From a virus (lineage: Duplodnaviria; Caudoviricetes): a stretch of DNA of 64,000 nucleotides. This document shows, in pieces, positions 63,047 to 64,000 of this stretch. The stretch covers positions 256,001-320,000 of the IMG/VR virus record IMGVR_UViG_3300021431_000076; one strand, given 5' to 3'. A model generated the notes under the pieces. That model saw only the letters and a program-made list of their open reading frames with translations. It did not search any database and had not been told where the DNA came from. The position numbers and the translations under genes were made by a program. Position 1 is the first letter of the stretch. The number at the start of each line of letters is the position of its first letter.

Positions 63047-63957
63047 ACCCATTAGAAAATCTATCAAAGAAAGAGTCTAGACAATATGAAAATATACTAG
63101 ACTTTCCAAGATTTATAATCAATGAGATTTTACCAGATTGGAAATCTTATCAAACACTCAAAATATCAGATAAGCGTAGAAAAACTTTACTAAGATATAT
63201 TAAAGCAAGATGGAGAATGGATAATCTTCAAGGTAGATCTTATTTCAAGTATACAGATGAAGAACATGTTGCTATTAAAGAAACTAAATTCATGGATAAA
63301 ACATTCTATCTAGTAAGCGGAGTTACTAGAAGTGAATCTTATATGAAGAAGTATTCCTTTAATAAAAATAGCACAGATAATATAACCTATCAATTCTTGG
63401 AAGATGGAACTAGAGATACAGTGATTCTCTTTGTAGATCCTATTAGAGAATTCTATTGTAATCCTAGAACTATTGTATCTAGAGATCTTAAAACATATGA
63501 TACTGAATATGCAGATTCTCAATCAGAAAAGAATATATATTCTTGGCACTATAGAATATATTTAGATTTATCTGATCTTGTTATTGATATGACAGATGAC
63601 TTTATAGAATATAGTATAGGTTCTGATCAAATGGATAAGATCTATCTTAGCAAACTTCTAGTAGAATCTGTCTTTACTTGGTATTGGAGTTATGAAGAAG
63701 ATCTTCATTCTAGTATCATAAGAGTTGATGATAAAAAATATAATCCTATCAATAACATATTGATGATATTAAAATCTCTTCATATGTATCGAATTATACA
63801 TGATGAAGATAAATGGATGACAGAAGAATTTGATAAATCAATTATCAATACACTTAAATTAACAAAGGTATTCGTAACAGATAAGTTTAAGAATGCCAAT
63901 GTTTTAGAAAGATCTATGATGATTAAAGAAAAGGAGTTTGAAATTAACCATGAGTGA
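63043..63957 (+). CDS. hypothetical protein
   Basis: SD AAGGAG, coupled to the previous ORF; a further ORF starts at 63950 and runs off the window. Confidence 0.65.
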   Translation: MNPLENLSKKESRQYENILDFPRFIINEILPDWKSYQTLKISDKRRKTLLRYIKARWRMDNLQGRSYFKYTDEEHVAIKETKFMDKTFYLVSGVTRSESYMKKYSFNKNSTDNITYQFLEDGTRDTVILFVDPIREFYCNPRTIVSRDLKTYDTEYADSQSEKNIYSWHYRIYLDLSDLVIDMTDDFIEYSIGSDQMDKIYLSKLLVESVFTWYWSYEEDLHSSIIRVDDKKYNPINNILMILKSLHMYRIIHDEDKWMTEEFDKSIINTLKLTKVFVTDKFKNANVLERSMMIKEKEFEINHE

Positions 63958-64000
63958 AAAGATTATCGGATTTAAAGACAAGTATGAGTTCCTTTCTAAT

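Noticed and set aside
4904-63522. Numerous short antisense or nested ORFs in the six-frame track (e.g. 8485-8880, 10681-11082, 29363-29830, 41566-41901, 58826-59224)
   Set aside because: They lie inside well-supported genes on the opposite strand or another frame and lack SD sites and promoters.
1-64000. Alternative genetic code, phage nucleus (chimallin) or tubulin genes
   Set aside because: Long genes are intact under the standard code with all three stops used, and no such genes were recognised in this window.

Overview
An AT-rich, gene-dense 64 kb segment of a jumbo bacteriophage of the phiKZ/AR9(PBS1)-like type, read with the standard genetic code. It carries three split multisubunit RNA polymerase beta fragments (47279-48991 and 40696-43122, probably non-virion RNAP; 18599-19339 minus, probably virion RNAP). 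Other recognisable genes are a RecA/UvsX recombinase, NAD-dependent DNA ligase, a GyrA/ParC-type subunit, a kinase-phosphatase-RNA ligase, nicotinamidase, GH25 and GH73 muralytic enzymes, tail/fibre-like modules and a large array of paralogous putative internal virion proteins. Firmicutes-style SD sites together with a two-partner-secretion (TpsA) adhesin suggest a diderm Firmicute (Negativicutes-like) host, which is inference only. Two phage promoter classes are readable: an early-type NATATA(C/T)TAT-N5-TG motif (about 21 copies) and a late-type NAC(A/T)-N6-T(A/G) motif. The best candidate for a new system is a coiled-coil protein gene (10582-11283) co-transcribed with a roughly 700-nt, end-closed, multi-stem non-coding RNA carrying three tracts of about 8-nt-period AAA repeats (11284-12040). 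Other leads are several promoter-plus-terminator-bounded small RNAs (two complementary to SD+ATG regions), a shared M(S/A)YL N-terminal leader on unrelated enzymes that may be a capsid-loading tag, and a dispersed 80-bp element upstream of two operons. All calls come from reading the sequence by eye; no searches or folding programs were run.
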